Source: an uncultured Planctomycetota bacterium
GTDB taxonomy: Bacteria > Planctomycetota > Planctomycetia > Isosphaerales > Isosphaeraceae
Length of the DNA stretch: 64,000 bases
Direction of reading: 5' to 3'
Assembly (NCBI GenBank): GCA_963737655.1
Contig: CAVTTN010000002.1
Span: 5,536,001-5,600,000, forward strand
The notes under the pieces are model-generated. The model did not search any database and was not told the origin of the DNA. It saw only the letters and a list, made by a program, of their open reading frames with translations. Below, piece by piece: positions 38,359 to 51,109 of this stretch (within the stretch, counting starts at the first letter, position 1; each line of letters starts with the position of its first letter). The position numbers and the translations under genes were made by a program.

Positions 38359-41300
38359 CTACATGGCCTTCGCCGCATTGAGCACGGTATCCTCGCCCCG
38401 TTCGAGGTCCCGCGCCGGGCCGGATCGGCACGTCCGGCTCCAGCCCCCGGCGTTCGATCGGCCGATCGAGGAACCCGTTGTACGCCTTCACCGGGACGAC
38501 CACCTTGTACAGGCCATCGGTCAACGTGTAGACCTCCTTGCGCGAGGACGCGCCGGCCGAGGTGCTGCCGAAGAACTTTGCCCGCTTCTTCGCGACGAAC
38601 CACGACGCCCAGCCCTCGCCCGCGCTGACCGTCCTCTCGTCGATCAGGATCGCGATCGGCCCGAGGAAGTGTGGTCGGGCCGGGTCGCGGTCGTCGGGGT
38701 CGAAGTTGCGGAACGCGGTCGAGGTGTCGAACCCGCCCCCGCTGTTCCCCCGGAGGTCCAGGACCAGTTTCTTGACGTCGCCGAGGCCCTTCAGCGCCGC
38801 GTCCAGGTCGGCCTCCAGGCCGTTCGCGATCCGTCGCACATAAATATAACCGATATCGTCGTTCAAACGCTTCCACGAGACGTTCGCCGAGTCGTTGATC
38901 CCCTCGATCGGGACCGGCAGCCTCGGGAGATAGCGGCGGCGGAGGTCGCAGGCCAGCTCGAACGTCCTTTGCGAGCCGTCGGGCCTCTCGGCCAGGATCG
39001 TCCGCTTCGCCCCTCGCTCGTCGGCCCGTAGGAACCCGCGGACGGCGTCGTAGTTGAGCATTCGATCGCTCGAATAGCCGTAGAAGGTCTTCAGGGTTTT
39101 TGAATACCGCGCGATCATGTCCTCGGATGCCATTCCATCGACGGAGACGATGGTCATCCCGGGTTTCAGGCCCTTTTTCTCGGCTTCGGACCCCTTCGCC
39201 ACGTCGTAGACGACGGGCTTGCCGCGATCGTCGACCAGGCACGCGAGGCCGGGTTCCCACTCGGGGAGTTTCGGCATCGGGACATGGGCGGAGCCGTCCT
39301 GGACGACGGCGTGGGTGTCTTCCAGCCTCGCCACCATCTCCAGGACGAGCCGGCCGAACGCCTCCTCGGTGGTCGCCTCGCTCGCCCTCGGCAGGAGCTC
39401 CTGGCCCACGGCCTCCCAGTCGATCTGCTTCAGGGCGAACATCGGATAGACGCGGCCGAGGTGCTCGTGGAGGTCGCGGAGGGCCCTGGCGAACTCGTCG
39501 CGACGGTCCTTGCCGAGAGGTCGGCCGACCAGGAAGACGTCGTAGCGACGGGCGGCCTTCGCCCTCGCCGGGTCGTCCCCTCGGATCGCGTCTTCCAGGA
39601 TCCTGGCCACGATTTCGCGGTGCTCGGCCAGCCCCTCGCCGATCGCGGTGGTGACCTCATGCGTCCTCTCCGTCGGGTTCTCCAGCAGGAAATCGACGAG
39701 GAGGCGCACGTCCTCCTCCGTCTTCCCCTCCCGCCCGGCCAGAGACGACTCGATCGCCGCCAGGCGGACCTCGAACGCCGGGTCCTTCGCGAGTTTCTTC
39801 TCCAGATCGACGGCCTCGCGAGAATCCCAGTGACCCCCGACGACTTCCGCCACGCCCTTCCTCACCTTCGAGTCGGCGTCCCCGGCGCAGAGGACGAACG
39901 CGGGCAGGAACGAATCATCCAGGATCAGGTTGATTTGATTTTTTTCGATCTCTTCAAGCGTTGCGAGTCTCGCGGCCGAGTCGCCTCGTGAGAGGGCCTC
40001 GCGGATCGTCGGGAGCCTCGCGCCGAACCGTGCCGAGACCCGTTTCGTCGCGAGTCCTCCGGCCCAATTCCAGGCATTGAGGCGGCCCTCGACCATCGCC
40101 GAGACCGCCTCGGCCTTCTCGCGGACCTTCGCCTCGGGCGAGTCGAGATACGGCCGCATCCGGGCCAGAAAATCGGCCTTTTGTGCGCGAGAGGCCCAGG
40201 CGATCCGGTCCAGGTCGTTCGGGTCTTCCAGCCTCATGGCGAGGTCCGCGAACGTTCGGAGGACGTTCGGCGGGATCGGGCGGAGGAGGCTCAGCCCGAA
40301 GTAAATCCCGGCGTGGCGGGTGTCGTCGAACGCGGGGTCATCGCCGAGGAAGTCGGTCGCCTGATAGAGGATCTCCATCGCCCGCGGGTCCGGCTTCGGC
40401 CCCCTCTGGACGAACCGACCTCCCACCCACCGGAGGACCTCGAACCGCGACGACTCGGCCCGCCTCAGCCCGTCGCGGACCGCCTTCAACACCTCTTCAT
40501 CCGTGCGGGCGTCGCGGTCCTTCGCCTTCCAGAGCGCATCCAGACGCCGGCCGCCCTCGGGGTCGTCGGGGAAGAAGGCGTCGAAGTCGGGCGGGTCGTA
40601 GGCGTCCTCGCGATCCCAGGAAAATTGGCCGTTCTCGGCTTTCCCGCGCGCGGGGACCGGGGCAGGACGACCCGATCGGGGTCGGGCAAGGGGCGGAGGG
40701 CGAGGTCGGGATAGATCGCGCGGGCCTCGTCGGCCCGAGGGCCGCCGGCGGCGATCGTCTCCCTCAAGATCCTCGCCGCCGTCCGCCAGTCGGCCCTCAG
40801 CCCGCCCTCGACCATCGCCCGGAGATCCGGGTCGCGGTCGGCCTCCGCCATCTCCAGGAGGCGGCGGATCACCCGCTCCGGCTTCCCCTTCAGGGGCGCC
40901 AGGCCGTACCGGACGACCGATCGTCGAACAGGGAGTTCCTCATTAAAGGACATCCGCATCACCAGATCGATGGCGGCCTCCGGCGACGGGGACTCGTTCC
41001 AGAGGAACCGCAGGCCGACGACCTCCGCCACCGCCTTGCGGACCTCGGGATCTCGGTCGGTCGCGGCGAGGGCGAACGCCGGGATCGACGAGTCCTCCAT
41101 GATCCAGAAGATCCGCTCCTTGCGGATCAATCGGAGCGTTTCGAGCCTGTCGGCCGGGCTCCCCGACCGCAACGTCGCCTCGATCGCCGGGAGGCGGTCG
41201 CCGAAGCGGGCCTTCGCCCTCGCCCGGTCGCGACGGACGGCCAGGACCGCCGGCTCTTCCTCCTGGTTCACGATCTTGCGGAGCAGGGCGGCCTCGTCGC

Positions 41301-42709
41301 GGGCCCTCGGTTCTCGCGATTGCTCATACGACTTGATGAATTCCAGGAAAGCCTCCTGTTGCGATGGCCCCCACGTCAGCGAGGCGACGATCCGGCCGAG
41401 GAGCTGCGAGTCCTCGGTCGTCATCGCGAGATCGGCCAGGGCGTGGAGGACGTTCGGCGGCTTGGGCTGGACCTGGCTCAGGCCGAAGTAGACGGCGTTG
41501 TACCGGGTGCCGTACCGGTCGGCCTCGGGCTTCGGGTCGGCCGCGTGGTACATGATCTCGACGGCGGCGGCTTGAGGCTGCCGGGGGGCGAAGGGCATGT
41601 TTTCCTTGCCGGGGACCGTCCTCCACATCCCGTAGCTCATCCACTGGAGGACCTTCGCCCGGTCGACGGAGGTCCGCCGCAGCCCCTTGCGGACGAGGGC
41701 GAAGTCGGCGTCGCCGAGCTCCCTCGGCTTGCTCACGATCCTCATCCCGGCCGAGTCCCAGGCGGCGTCGAGCGCCTTGCCGCCTTCGGGATCGTCGGGG
41801 AAGAACCCGTCGAAATCGGGGGGGTCGTAGCGATCGAGGCGGTTCCATGCGATCCTGGGCGACGGATCGGGCTTCGCCTTCGCCTCCTGGGCCGAGGGGC
41901 CGGCGCGGGCCGGGCCATCCGCGATCCCAGGACCATCCCGCCGACGACCATCGCCGAGACGATCGCGACGAGCCATCCCGGGACGGCCCGGCGGACGATC
42001 GCCGAGGCCAGGACGGCCTGGACGGCCCCTCGGGCGAGCGTCTCCGGGACGGTCATCCCCTCGGCCATCGCGGCGCCGAAGGCCATCGCCGCCGGCGCGA
42101 GGCCTCGGCGGGCCAGGCGGCCTCGGAGCCGGGCCCGGCCCCGGTTCAGGCGGCTCTTGACCGTCCCCACCGGGCATTTCAGGTGGCGGGCCGCCTCGTC
42201 CAGGCTGCGGCCTTCCAGGTCGCACAGGATGAGCGGCTGTCGGAATCGCTCGGGCAGGCGCTCGACCTCCTCATGGATCGCCGAATCGTCGACGAGGCGA
42301 GCGGGATCGACCGAGGCTTGCCCCCGCCTCGCCTCGCCGGCGTTCCTCTCCACGAGGGCTCGCCGATCGGCCGCCTCTTTGCGCGGATCGCCCGGCGGAA
42401 GGCGACGCGATGGAGCCAGGGGCCGACGGACTCGCGGACCCAGAGCGAGCGGCCCCGCCGGGCCAGGGTGGCGAACGTCTCCTGGAACGCGTCCTCGGCC
42501 GCATGCTCGTCGCGGAGGACGGCCCGGCAGGTCCTCAAGACCATCGCCCCGTGGCGATCGACCAGGGCGGAGAACGCCAGGTCGGCCGCCTCGCCCGGCC
42601 CCAGGGCGAAGCGTTCGAGCAACTGGCCGTCGGTCCTCCCGGCGACGGTCCCGCAATCCAGCAACGCCCGGAGCCCCCGGAGGCCCGTCCTCTCGGATCT
42701 CGCCAGCAT
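38359..42709 (-). CDS. Extended ECF sigma factor fused to two tandem helical domains and a PDZ/S41 peptidase (at least 4 apparent frameshifts)
   Basis: DGQLLERF, HGAMVLRTC, AEDAFQETF; CDLEG...GTVKSRLNRGRARLR; TM; two YDPPDFD.FFPDDPEGG domains; DLRGNSGG, TVSAGE, GLEPDV; reconstructed end DLERGEDTVLNAAKAM*. Confidence 0.75.
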
Positions 42710-43037
42710 GCGCCTCGCCCCTTTCGCCGGGTGATCGCGGCCTGTTCCACCTGAACAACAAGGCGCGGGCCGCCCGACGGGTTCCCGATTTTCGCCGATC
42801 GCGGAACGGGTCGGTCGGGTCTCGGCGATTTGCTGAAGTCCCGCCGGCTTCGGGCCGATACTCAGAGCGACTGAATCCCCCCTCTCACTTCCTCCGCCAA
42901 CGGCTTGGCCCGGTCGTGGTCGTCGCGAGGTCGCGTCGCGATCGGAACTCCACGGATGGGGCGGCGTCGGCTTTCCAGCCCGGCGTCTTCTCGGACCGTC
43001 CACGTCCCGCTCCCTGTTGCCGCCGACGGAGGCCCCC

Positions 43038-43991
43038 ATGCTGCTCGATCGCTCCTCGCGCCCGCCGCGGACCGGAGTTCGCGCCCGCCTGGCCTATATC
43101 ACCCTGCTCGCCTCCACGGCCCTGCCCGCCTCGGCGCTGTCGGCCGACGGCGTCCCGTGGCGGACCGACTTCGCCGCCGCCCAGGCCGAGGCCCGGGCCC
43201 GCAACCTCCCTCTGTGGATCCAGTTTACCGGCCCGTGGTGCATCTACTGCAAGAAGATGGACTTCGAGACGTTCACCGACGGCGGCGTGGTCGGCCGAGC
43301 CCAGGGTCAGTTCATCCCGGTGAAGGTCCGGTCCGACGCGAGGGAAGACCTCGTGGCGTGGCTGGGCGTGGGCAGCCTGCCGACGACCGTCGTGCTCTCC
43401 CCCACCGGCTCGACGATCCTCGGCCGCCGCCAGGGGTTCGCCGGCCCCGACGAGTTCGCCGGGATCCTCGACGGCGCCTGGGCCGGGTTCACCAATTCGC
43501 CCGAGGCGCTGGCCCTCTCCGGGATGTGCCCGGTGAAGCTGGTCCAGGGCCAGGGCCGGGTCGCCGGCCGGGCCGACCTCGCCCTGTTCCACGACGGCAA
43601 GGTCTATCGATTCGCCGACGCATCGGCCCGGGACCTCTTCCTCAAGGACCCCGAAAAGTACCTCCCGGCCGACCACGGCCGATGCGTGGTGGCGAAGAAG
43701 GACAAGAACGCGTCCATCCCGGGCGACCCGAAGTTCGGCGCTTATTATAACGACCGCCTCTTCGTCTTCGCCGACGAGGACTCGCGGAAGAAGTTCGCGG
43801 CCGACCCGGAGAAATATAGCGGGATCGACATCGCCGAAAACGGCGAATGCCCGCACTGCCGGACCGTCGAGGGCAAGAAGGTCGCCGGCCGGAGGGAGTT
43901 CCCGATCACCCTCGGGGGCCGCCGCTACCTCTTCGCCGACGACGCCCACCGCCAGGCCTTCCGGCTCGCCCCGGAACGCTACCTGCGCTGA
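43038..43991 (+). CDS. Exported thioredoxin-family protein with YHS-like domains
   Basis: WCIYC; CPV...YRFAD...FLKDPEKY motif in three related copies. Confidence 0.88.
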   Translation: MLLDRSSRPPRTGVRARLAYITLLASTALPASALSADGVPWRTDFAAAQAEARARNLPLWIQFTGPWCIYCKKMDFETFTDGGVVGRAQGQFIPVKVRSDAREDLVAWLGVGSLPTTVVLSPTGSTILGRRQGFAGPDEFAGILDGAWAGFTNSPEALALSGMCPVKLVQGQGRVAGRADLALFHDGKVYRFADASARDLFLKDPEKYLPADHGRCVVAKKDKNASIPGDPKFGAYYNDRLFVFADEDSRKKFAADPEKYSGIDIAENGECPHCRTVEGKKVAGRREFPITLGGRRYLFADDAHRQAFRLAPERYLR

Positions 43992-44304
43992 GGTTCCCCG
44001 GCTCGACGCCCCGCCCCCCGCCTCGCCCGAATCCCCTCGGGTTGGGCGGGCGGGCGGGCGGGCCGGCCTTGCCCGGCTCGCCGAGGGGTGCCGATCCCTC
44101 GGGGGCCTCTCGATCCCCGGAGGAGGGGCTCTCCGGGCGAGGGATGGTCGCGGGCCCCCTCGCCGGGATCCGTCGCCCGGAGGCTCGCGACGCCCCGGGC
44201 CGTCCTCCGCTTCGGGCCGGCGGCTCCCGGGCCCGGAGTGAGGCGTTCTTCATTCATTTCGCCACATTAACTTTTTAAAAAAACTTAGACAATGGAATAC
44301 TGTG

Positions 44305-44334
44305 TTGACATGGTTGGACCATCGCGCTAAAGAT
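44305..44334 (+). promoter_or_regulatory. Candidate sigma-70 promoter for the ice-binding protein gene
   Basis: TTGACA (44305-44310), 17 bp, then TAAAGAT; preceded by an AT-rich tract (ttaactttttaaaaaaactt). Confidence 0.4.
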
Positions 44335-44558
44335 GGCCGTTGCGCCTCAAAACATGGCGTCGCGTCAGGGAAGACGGCGCGGCTCGGTTGGGTCGAGGTG
44401 ATCGGCCGGCGGCGACCGGGAGGCGTCCGAGGCATCCGAAATTCTCCTCATCTCGGGGCCCGCCCGGGACGGGGGGAATGCGCGCCTCGACCGCCCCCTT
44501 GCCTCGTCGGAACCCTTCGCGAAAGGCCCCGCTCCAAGAGATCGGGAGTTCCAAAGGC

Positions 44559-45374
44559 ATGAGATTCCGAATTCTGGTCCCGCTAGCGATCCTAGCCCTC
44601 GGGGCTTTCTGCCCGCGAGCGAAGGCCGAGATCACCCTGGGGACCGCGGGGGACTTCGCGGTCCTCGCCGGCTCGACCGTGACAAACGCCGGCATGTCAC
44701 TCATCGACGGAGGGGATGTGGGAGTCGCCCCGGGGTCGGCGATCACGGGCTTTGGCCCGGGAACGCTGATGTCGCCGTACACGTTCCATTCGAATGACGC
44801 CGTCGCCCTCCAGGCCCAGGCGGACCTGACCACCGCGTACAACGCCGCGGCGGGCCTGGCCCCCACGCACGTCCTGACCGGCCAGGACCTCGGCGGGCTC
44901 ACCCTGCTGCCCGGGGTCTACTTCTTCTCGTCCACCGCCCAACTGACCGGGACGCTGACCCTGGACGACCAGGGCGACCCCAACGCGCAATTCGTCTTCC
45001 AGATCGGCACCACGCTGACGACGGCCAGCGGCTCCTCGGTCGTCACGGTCCACGGCGGTTCGATGCCGGGATGCTCGGTGTTCTGGCAGGTGGGCACCTC
45101 CGCGACGCTCGACACGGACACGGCGTTCGAGGGGCACATCCTGGCCGCCGCGAGCATCACGCTGAACCACGGCGCGACCATCCGGGACGGCAGCGCCCTG
45201 GCCGGCAGCGGCGCGGTCACGCTGGATACCAACAACATCACCAACTGCGTGCGGTCGGTGCCGGAGCCCGCGAGCTTGTCCCTGGTCCTCCTGGGCATCC
45301 CCCTCCTCGGGCGGCGGGCGCTCAAGGCGAGGCGTCGAGGGCGGCGGCTCGCGGACGAGGGCCGGAAGGAATAA
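44559..45374 (+). CDS. Ice-binding family protein (DUF3494) with PEP-CTERM
   Basis: LGTAGDFAVLAGSTVTN, AQADLTTAY, LGGLTLLPGVY, FVFQIG, VFWQVGTSATL; VPEPASLSLVLLG plus basic tail. Confidence 0.93.
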   Translation: MRFRILVPLAILALGAFCPRAKAEITLGTAGDFAVLAGSTVTNAGMSLIDGGDVGVAPGSAITGFGPGTLMSPYTFHSNDAVALQAQADLTTAYNAAAGLAPTHVLTGQDLGGLTLLPGVYFFSSTAQLTGTLTLDDQGDPNAQFVFQIGTTLTTASGSSVVTVHGGSMPGCSVFWQVGTSATLDTDTAFEGHILAAASITLNHGATIRDGSALAGSGAVTLDTNNITNCVRSVPEPASLSLVLLGIPLLGRRALKARRRGRRLADEGRKE

Positions 45375-45813
45375 GCCATTCCCCGGCGTCGTGGGCCTCG
45401 ACGAGGGCGACCTGGAGGGGTCGGCCCCCGACCCAGGTCGAGGGTTGTCCCTCGCATCCCAATCGAGAAACGGCCGTCGAGGGCGCAATCCGTCCTCGTC
45501 GGTCGTTTTTCGGTTGAAATTTTTGCAGAGGGGCGACTATGCTCGATCCGGTCAGGATCTTGCGCTCACGATCGTCAGGCAAGGGAATGCGACCTCGTTG
45601 ATCTGAGGGAAGAGGGCGAACGGCGTCGCCCGCGATTGTCTCGCCCCCTCGTCCCCTCTCCCGTTCGGTCGCATCCCCCCGGCCTTACTTTCGAGACGCT
45701 CCGCACCCAGGCCGCCTTGCCCTCGGCCCGAGGACTGCCCGGATGGCGGTCCGCTCGGGACCATCCTCCGAGGCCGGGCGGCGCGGCCCCCGAGACTCAG
45801 GAGATGAGCCCCG

Positions 45814-48800
45814 ATGACCGTGCGCTGGAAGCCCTTGATCGTCCTCTCCGGGTTGTTCCTGGTCGTTGCCGTGATGGGCCTGTTCGCCATCACGTACGTC
45901 CTCATGCCCGGCCGGGCCGAGGACGTCTTGCCCCGGGCCCGCGCCGACGCCCAGGCCAAGAAGTATGATCACGCCCTGATCCAGTATCGCCGGGCCCTCC
46001 AGCGCGACCCGAAGAACGTCGAGATCCACGAGGAGCTCGCCGACCTGCTCGGCCGGTGGATGCGCGAGTCCCCCAAGGAGCTCGCCACGCTCCGCCCCCA
46101 GTGGCTCCACGAGATGACCGACGCGGCGAAATATGGCAAGGGCCGACCCGGGCCGAGGAAGGCGCTGCTGGCCGACGCCCTGGCCCACGAGGACATCAAT
46201 GAGGCCCTCCGCTGGGCCGACGAGCTCCTGCCCCTGGAGGCCAAGGACGCCGACGCCCGGTACGTCAAGGCGATCGAGGCCCTGGACCGCAAGCCGAGCG
46301 ACCTGACCGAGGCGAAGAAGCACCTGGAAGTCCTGGCCGAGGCCGAGCCCGACCGGCTCCGGACGCTGTGGGTCCGCGCCGGGTGGCCCGCGAGGCCGGC
46401 GACGAGGCGACGCTCGCGGCCGTCCTGGGCCAGGCCCGCTCGACGTCCCTGGGCGTCGAGGCCCCGGCCTCCGAGAGGGTCGCCAAGCTGAGGATGGGCC
46501 TGGTGGACATCGAGAGGGCCAGGGACGCCCAGGCGCTGGCCTCGCTCGTCGCCGAGTTCGCCAAGGGGGCGCAGAACGTCGCCGCCGAGGCCGAGGCCGC
46601 CCCGGCCCGGGTCCGCCTGCTCAGCTCCTTGCTGGAGCAGGTCCAGAAACGGCTGACGACCCTCGGCGCCGCCGACCCCGTCGCCAAGAAGGAGGCCGCC
46701 GCCCTGGCCGACTCGCTGGAATCGGTCGCCGAGGCGATCTATACCCGGGCCATCGAAGTCACCGGCGCCAATGACCTCCGGCCCCACCTCGCCTACGCCG
46801 AGCACCTGGTCTTCCGCGACGGGCCGAAGAAGGCCCTGGAGGTCGCCTCGACGGCCTTGAAGCTGAAGATCGCCGCCCTGCCGGCCTGGGACAACGTCGC
46901 CACCGGCCTCCGGGACGTCGCCATCCGTGCCGCCCTGGCGCAGACCGACGACCCCGCCCGGTTCGACCGGGCCGTGCCGTTCGTCAAGGAGCTGATCGCC
47001 TCGGCGAACCCGCGGGCCTCGGGCATCGGCCACCTGTACAAGGGGCTGATCGCCCTGGAGAGGTCCGGGATGCTCTCGGCCGCCGCCGGGGCCGACGGGC
47101 CGGGGACGGCCTCCTCGGTCGACTCGAAGGCCGGCGAGGAGGCCGCCGCCGAGCTCAAGCTGGCCGCCGCCGCCCTGCCCGACGCCGCCACGGCCCAGGC
47201 CCTCTACGGCGTCAGCCTGATCCTCACCGGCGAGGCGAACCTCGGCCGCCAGTACCTCCAGGCCGCCCAGAAGCTCGGCGGAGAGGGGCTGGAGCCTCGC
47301 TATCAGGTCTTCGCCGCCTGGTCGATCCTCCAGGCCGGCTATCCCGAGGATGCCGCCCCGATCGTCGCCCGGATGATCGCCTCGGCCGAGAGCGGCGGGC
47401 TGCCCCGCGACTTCGCCCCGACCCTCCACCTGCTGATGGGCGAGATCCTCCAGGCCCGCCGCCAGCTCCGCCCGGCGCGGGCCGAGTTCGAGAAGGCCCT
47501 GGCCTCCGGCCAGGCCATGACCCCGGCCTTGCAGGTCCGCCTCGCCCAGATCGACTTCCAGCTCGGCGAGAACGACAAGGGGATGGCCCGGATCGAGGGC
47601 CTCAAAAACGACCCGAAGGCCGGGCCCACCGCCGAGAGGATCGCCGTCCAGGCCCTCAACGAGAGGAACAAGCTGGCCGAGGCCCGGGCCCGGATCGACC
47701 AGGCCCGGGCCCGGTTCCCCGACAGCGACGAGCTGGCCGAGCTCGACGCCGCCATGCACCTGGCCTCCGGCAAGCCCGAGGCGGCCGACGCCCTCCTCCG
47801 CGACTACCTGGCCAAACACCCCAAGAGCGAGGAGATCGCCCTGGTCCGCGCCCGGGTCCTCTCGGGTCCGCTGAAGAAGCCGGACGAGGCGCGCAAGATC
47901 CTCGCCGACCTGGCCGAGACGGCGAAGACCTCCGCCCCCCTGGTCCAGCTCGCCCTCCTGGACATGAACCGCCGAGATCTCGAAGGCGCCTCCAAGACGA
48001 TCGCCCGGATCCGGGCCCGATGGAAGGAGGCCGCCTCGGCCGACCTGCTCGACGCCCAGCTCGCCCTGGCGAGCGAGAACCCCCAGGGCGCGGCCACCGC
48101 CCTGGACGCCGCCCTGAAGAAAGACCCGAACAACAAGGTCGCCCTGTTCTGGAAGGCCATGATCGACGAGCGCTCGGGCGCCTCGGCGAAGGCGGCCCAG
48201 GTGTACGAGTCGATCCTCAAGGACCAGCCGGTCAAGGAGATCGACAACGGCCTGTCGCTGACGACCGCCGCCCGGCTCGCCCTGGCCGACATGGCGTTGC
48301 AGAACCAGGACGTCGATGGCGCGATCAGCCGGTTCCAGGGCATCCTCAAGGGAGGCGCCGGCGAGATGGATCGCGCCGTCCGCTGGAAGCTGATCGCGGC
48401 GATGGCCGCCAAGGGCCAGGACGCCCAGGCCCGGGCCGAGGTCGCCAGGCTCGTGGCCAGCCCCGCGACCTCGGCCGAGGACCGGGTCCAGGCCGCCGAG
48501 TTCTTCCGCCGCCAGGGAGACGACGCCTCCGGGCTCGCCCAGCTGGACCTCGCCCTGAAGAAGGACCCCGCCAACACCGGCGCCGTCGCCTACAAGGCGA
48601 TGATGCTCGCCTCCAAGGATAAGGCGGCCGACGCCTCCGCGTTGATCCGCAAGGCGATGGCCGCCTCGGCCCAGCCGGCGAACATGGATCTGATGCTCGC
48701 CGCCCTGGAGAACCTCGCCCCCGGCCCCGACAACCTCGATCGCGCCCTGGGAGCCCTCTCCGACGGCCTGAAGAAGCATCCCGAGTCCGTCGAGCTCGTC

Positions 48801-50396
48801 CAGGCGAAGTATCAGGTGCTCAAGCTCAAGGGAGACAAGGGGGCCGTCGCCTTCGTCCAGGAGACGGCCCGGGGAGACGCCCGACCGGCCATGAAACGGC
48901 TCCTGGCCGAGGTCTACCGCTCCGAGCGCCGCCTGGAAGAGGCCGAGACGGTCGTCCGCGACCTGCTGAAGGAAAGCCCGAAGGACAACAAGATGGCCGC
49001 CGTCCTCGTCGGCCTGGTCGCCGCCCGGGCCCAGGAGGCCGCCGACTCGGGCGATCGCCCCGCCGAGAAGACCCTGAACGCCCGGACCGCCGAGCTGATC
49101 CGCGGGTTCCGCGAGCAGTTCCCCAACGACCCGAGCTTCCCCCAGGCCGACTGCGAGCTCGCGGCCCGATCCGGCGACCTGGCCAGGGCCAAGAGGATCG
49201 CCGCGGAGGTCAGCGAGATGGACCCGACCTCGCCGATCGGCCCCCTGCTCCGCGCCCGGCTCTTCGCCGCCGAGGGGCGGACCGAGGAGGTCGCCCGGTC
49301 GTATGACGAGGCCCTCGCCCGGAGCCCCCGGAGGACCGACATCCGCCTGGCCCTGGCCCAGGCGGACCTCGCCCTGGGCAAGTCCGACGAGGCCCTGAAG
49401 CAGACCAAGTACGTCCTGGACGCCGACCGCGACCAGCCCACCGCCCTCCTCCTGAAGGCCCAGGCCCTGGCCTCCCGGGAAGGCACCCCGGCCGACGTCG
49501 CCAAACGCCGGGCCGAGGCCGAGAAGACCCTCCGGGACGCCATCGCCGCCCAGCCCAAGTTCGTCGAGGCCTACCACCTCCTCGCCGAGCTCCGCATGGG
49601 CGACCGCGACCGCAAGGGGGCCGTCGATCTCCTGATGCAGGCCCTCAAGATCATCCCCAATGACGATACCGGGCTCGCCCAGGTGATCCAGTACCTCTGC
49701 TCGGCCTCCGCCCCCGGCCAGCCGGCCCCTCGGGCCGACGTCCAGAAGGCCATGGACCTGGCCGAGCAGTTCGGCGCCAAGGACGAGCGGGGCGTCTTCG
49801 CCCTGGCCCTGGCCGTCGGCTTCTCCCGGTCCGGCCAGGTCGACCTGGCCCTGCCCTGGGCCGAGAAGGCCGCCCAGAAGATCGACCGGCCGATCGTCCA
49901 CATGACCTGCGGCGATATCCTCCTGGCCAAGGCCGAGGCCACCACCGTCGAGGCCGACGCCAAGGAGGTCTTCAAGAAGGCCGTCGAGCAATACGACGCC
50001 GTCTTGAAGCAGCAGGCCAACGCCGTCGAGGCCATCAACAACAAGGCGTGGATCCTCCACCGCTACCTCGGCCGGCACGCCGACGCCCTCCTCGTCGCCG
50101 AGGACCTGGTCAAGCGGTCCGACCCGTCCACCCTGCCGGCCGAGTTCTACGACACCCTGGGCTCGATCCAGGAAGCCGTGGGCAAGCCGAAGCTGGCCGA
50201 GGACTCCTACACCCAGGGCCTCCGCAAGGCCCCCAACGGGCCGATGCTCAATTTCCACCTCGGCCGCCTCCTCGCCGCCGACCCGTCGCGAGGAGGCGCC
50301 GCGGCCCGTCACCTGGAGGCCGCCCGGTCCTCCGGCCGGCTCTCCAAGGCCGACGCCGCCTCGGTCGAGACGCTCCTGAAGGAAATCCGCCGATAG
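45814..50396 (+). CDS. Giant membrane-anchored TPR protein, about 1500 aa (apparent frameshift near 46385)
   Basis: N-terminal TM; TPR motifs throughout; C-terminal AINNKAWIL...DTLGSI...NFHLG. Confidence 0.88.
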
Positions 50397-50403
50397 AGCG
50401 GTT

Positions 50404-50483
50404 CTCGGTCGGATGTCGCCCCCGTAGGGCAGGCCTCGGCCTGCCGTCTTCGCGGGGCTCGGCAGGCCTCGGCAGGCCCTACG
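50404..50483. repeat. GTAG-type REP-like hairpin, copy 2
   Basis: ctcggtcggatgtcgcccccgtagggcaggcctcggcctgcc...ggccctacg; its flank is the reverse complement of the copy 1 tail (one mismatch); 7 nt after the TPR gene stop. Confidence 0.85.
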
Positions 50484-51109
50484 AGAACCGCTCCAGCGGG
50501 CCGTCCATCCCGCCTCCTCGGGTGGCATGCTTACGTCTTCTTGAGCATGCCACCCGAGATTCACCTAGCGCAATTCCGGGCCGCCGGGCGATGCGGGTTT
50601 TTTTTGGCGAATTCGGGCGTCCCCGAGCGTTTCGCGAGGCGTTGGCTGCATCGTCGTCCCTCCGGGTGGGACCGGACGTGCAACCCGTGCAACTGGCGAC
50701 CTGGCGGGGCGGGGTCGTCGAAGGTCTTCCTCGAAACAACTGGCAATCTAGGCAAATTAAGCCGATCTTCGGGCCGACGCGCCGGGTGTTTTTCGAATTT
50801 CGGGGGAAGAGTCTTGCTAATAAAGCCACATGGTGCTTGTAATCGAGGCGTCTTGGACTGAGCGTAGTTCGATCTCTCCACGGGTTGATGGGCCGTGGGG
50901 AGTTTGGACGCGGTTGGTCGATGGACGTCCCGGCCGGGCGTCGCGATGGCGCGGCGCCCCTCGAAAGGCTCCCGCCCGCGGAGGACCGATCCCGATCGAG
51001 GTCATCTCGTCTGGCTCGCCGGGCGGATGGCCGTGGGGATCGCCGTCGCGGAAGGCGAGGGCCCGAGGCCCCTGGCTTCTCCCTCCCGGTCTCTCGATGA
51101 CGACCCGCG

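Noticed and set aside
40183..43323. 1046-aa plus-strand ORF and other Arg/Pro/Gly-rich ORFs
   Set aside because: Off-frame products of high-GC DNA overlapping better-supported genes
45969..50564. 1531-aa minus-strand ORF
   Set aside because: Antisense shadow of the TPR gene
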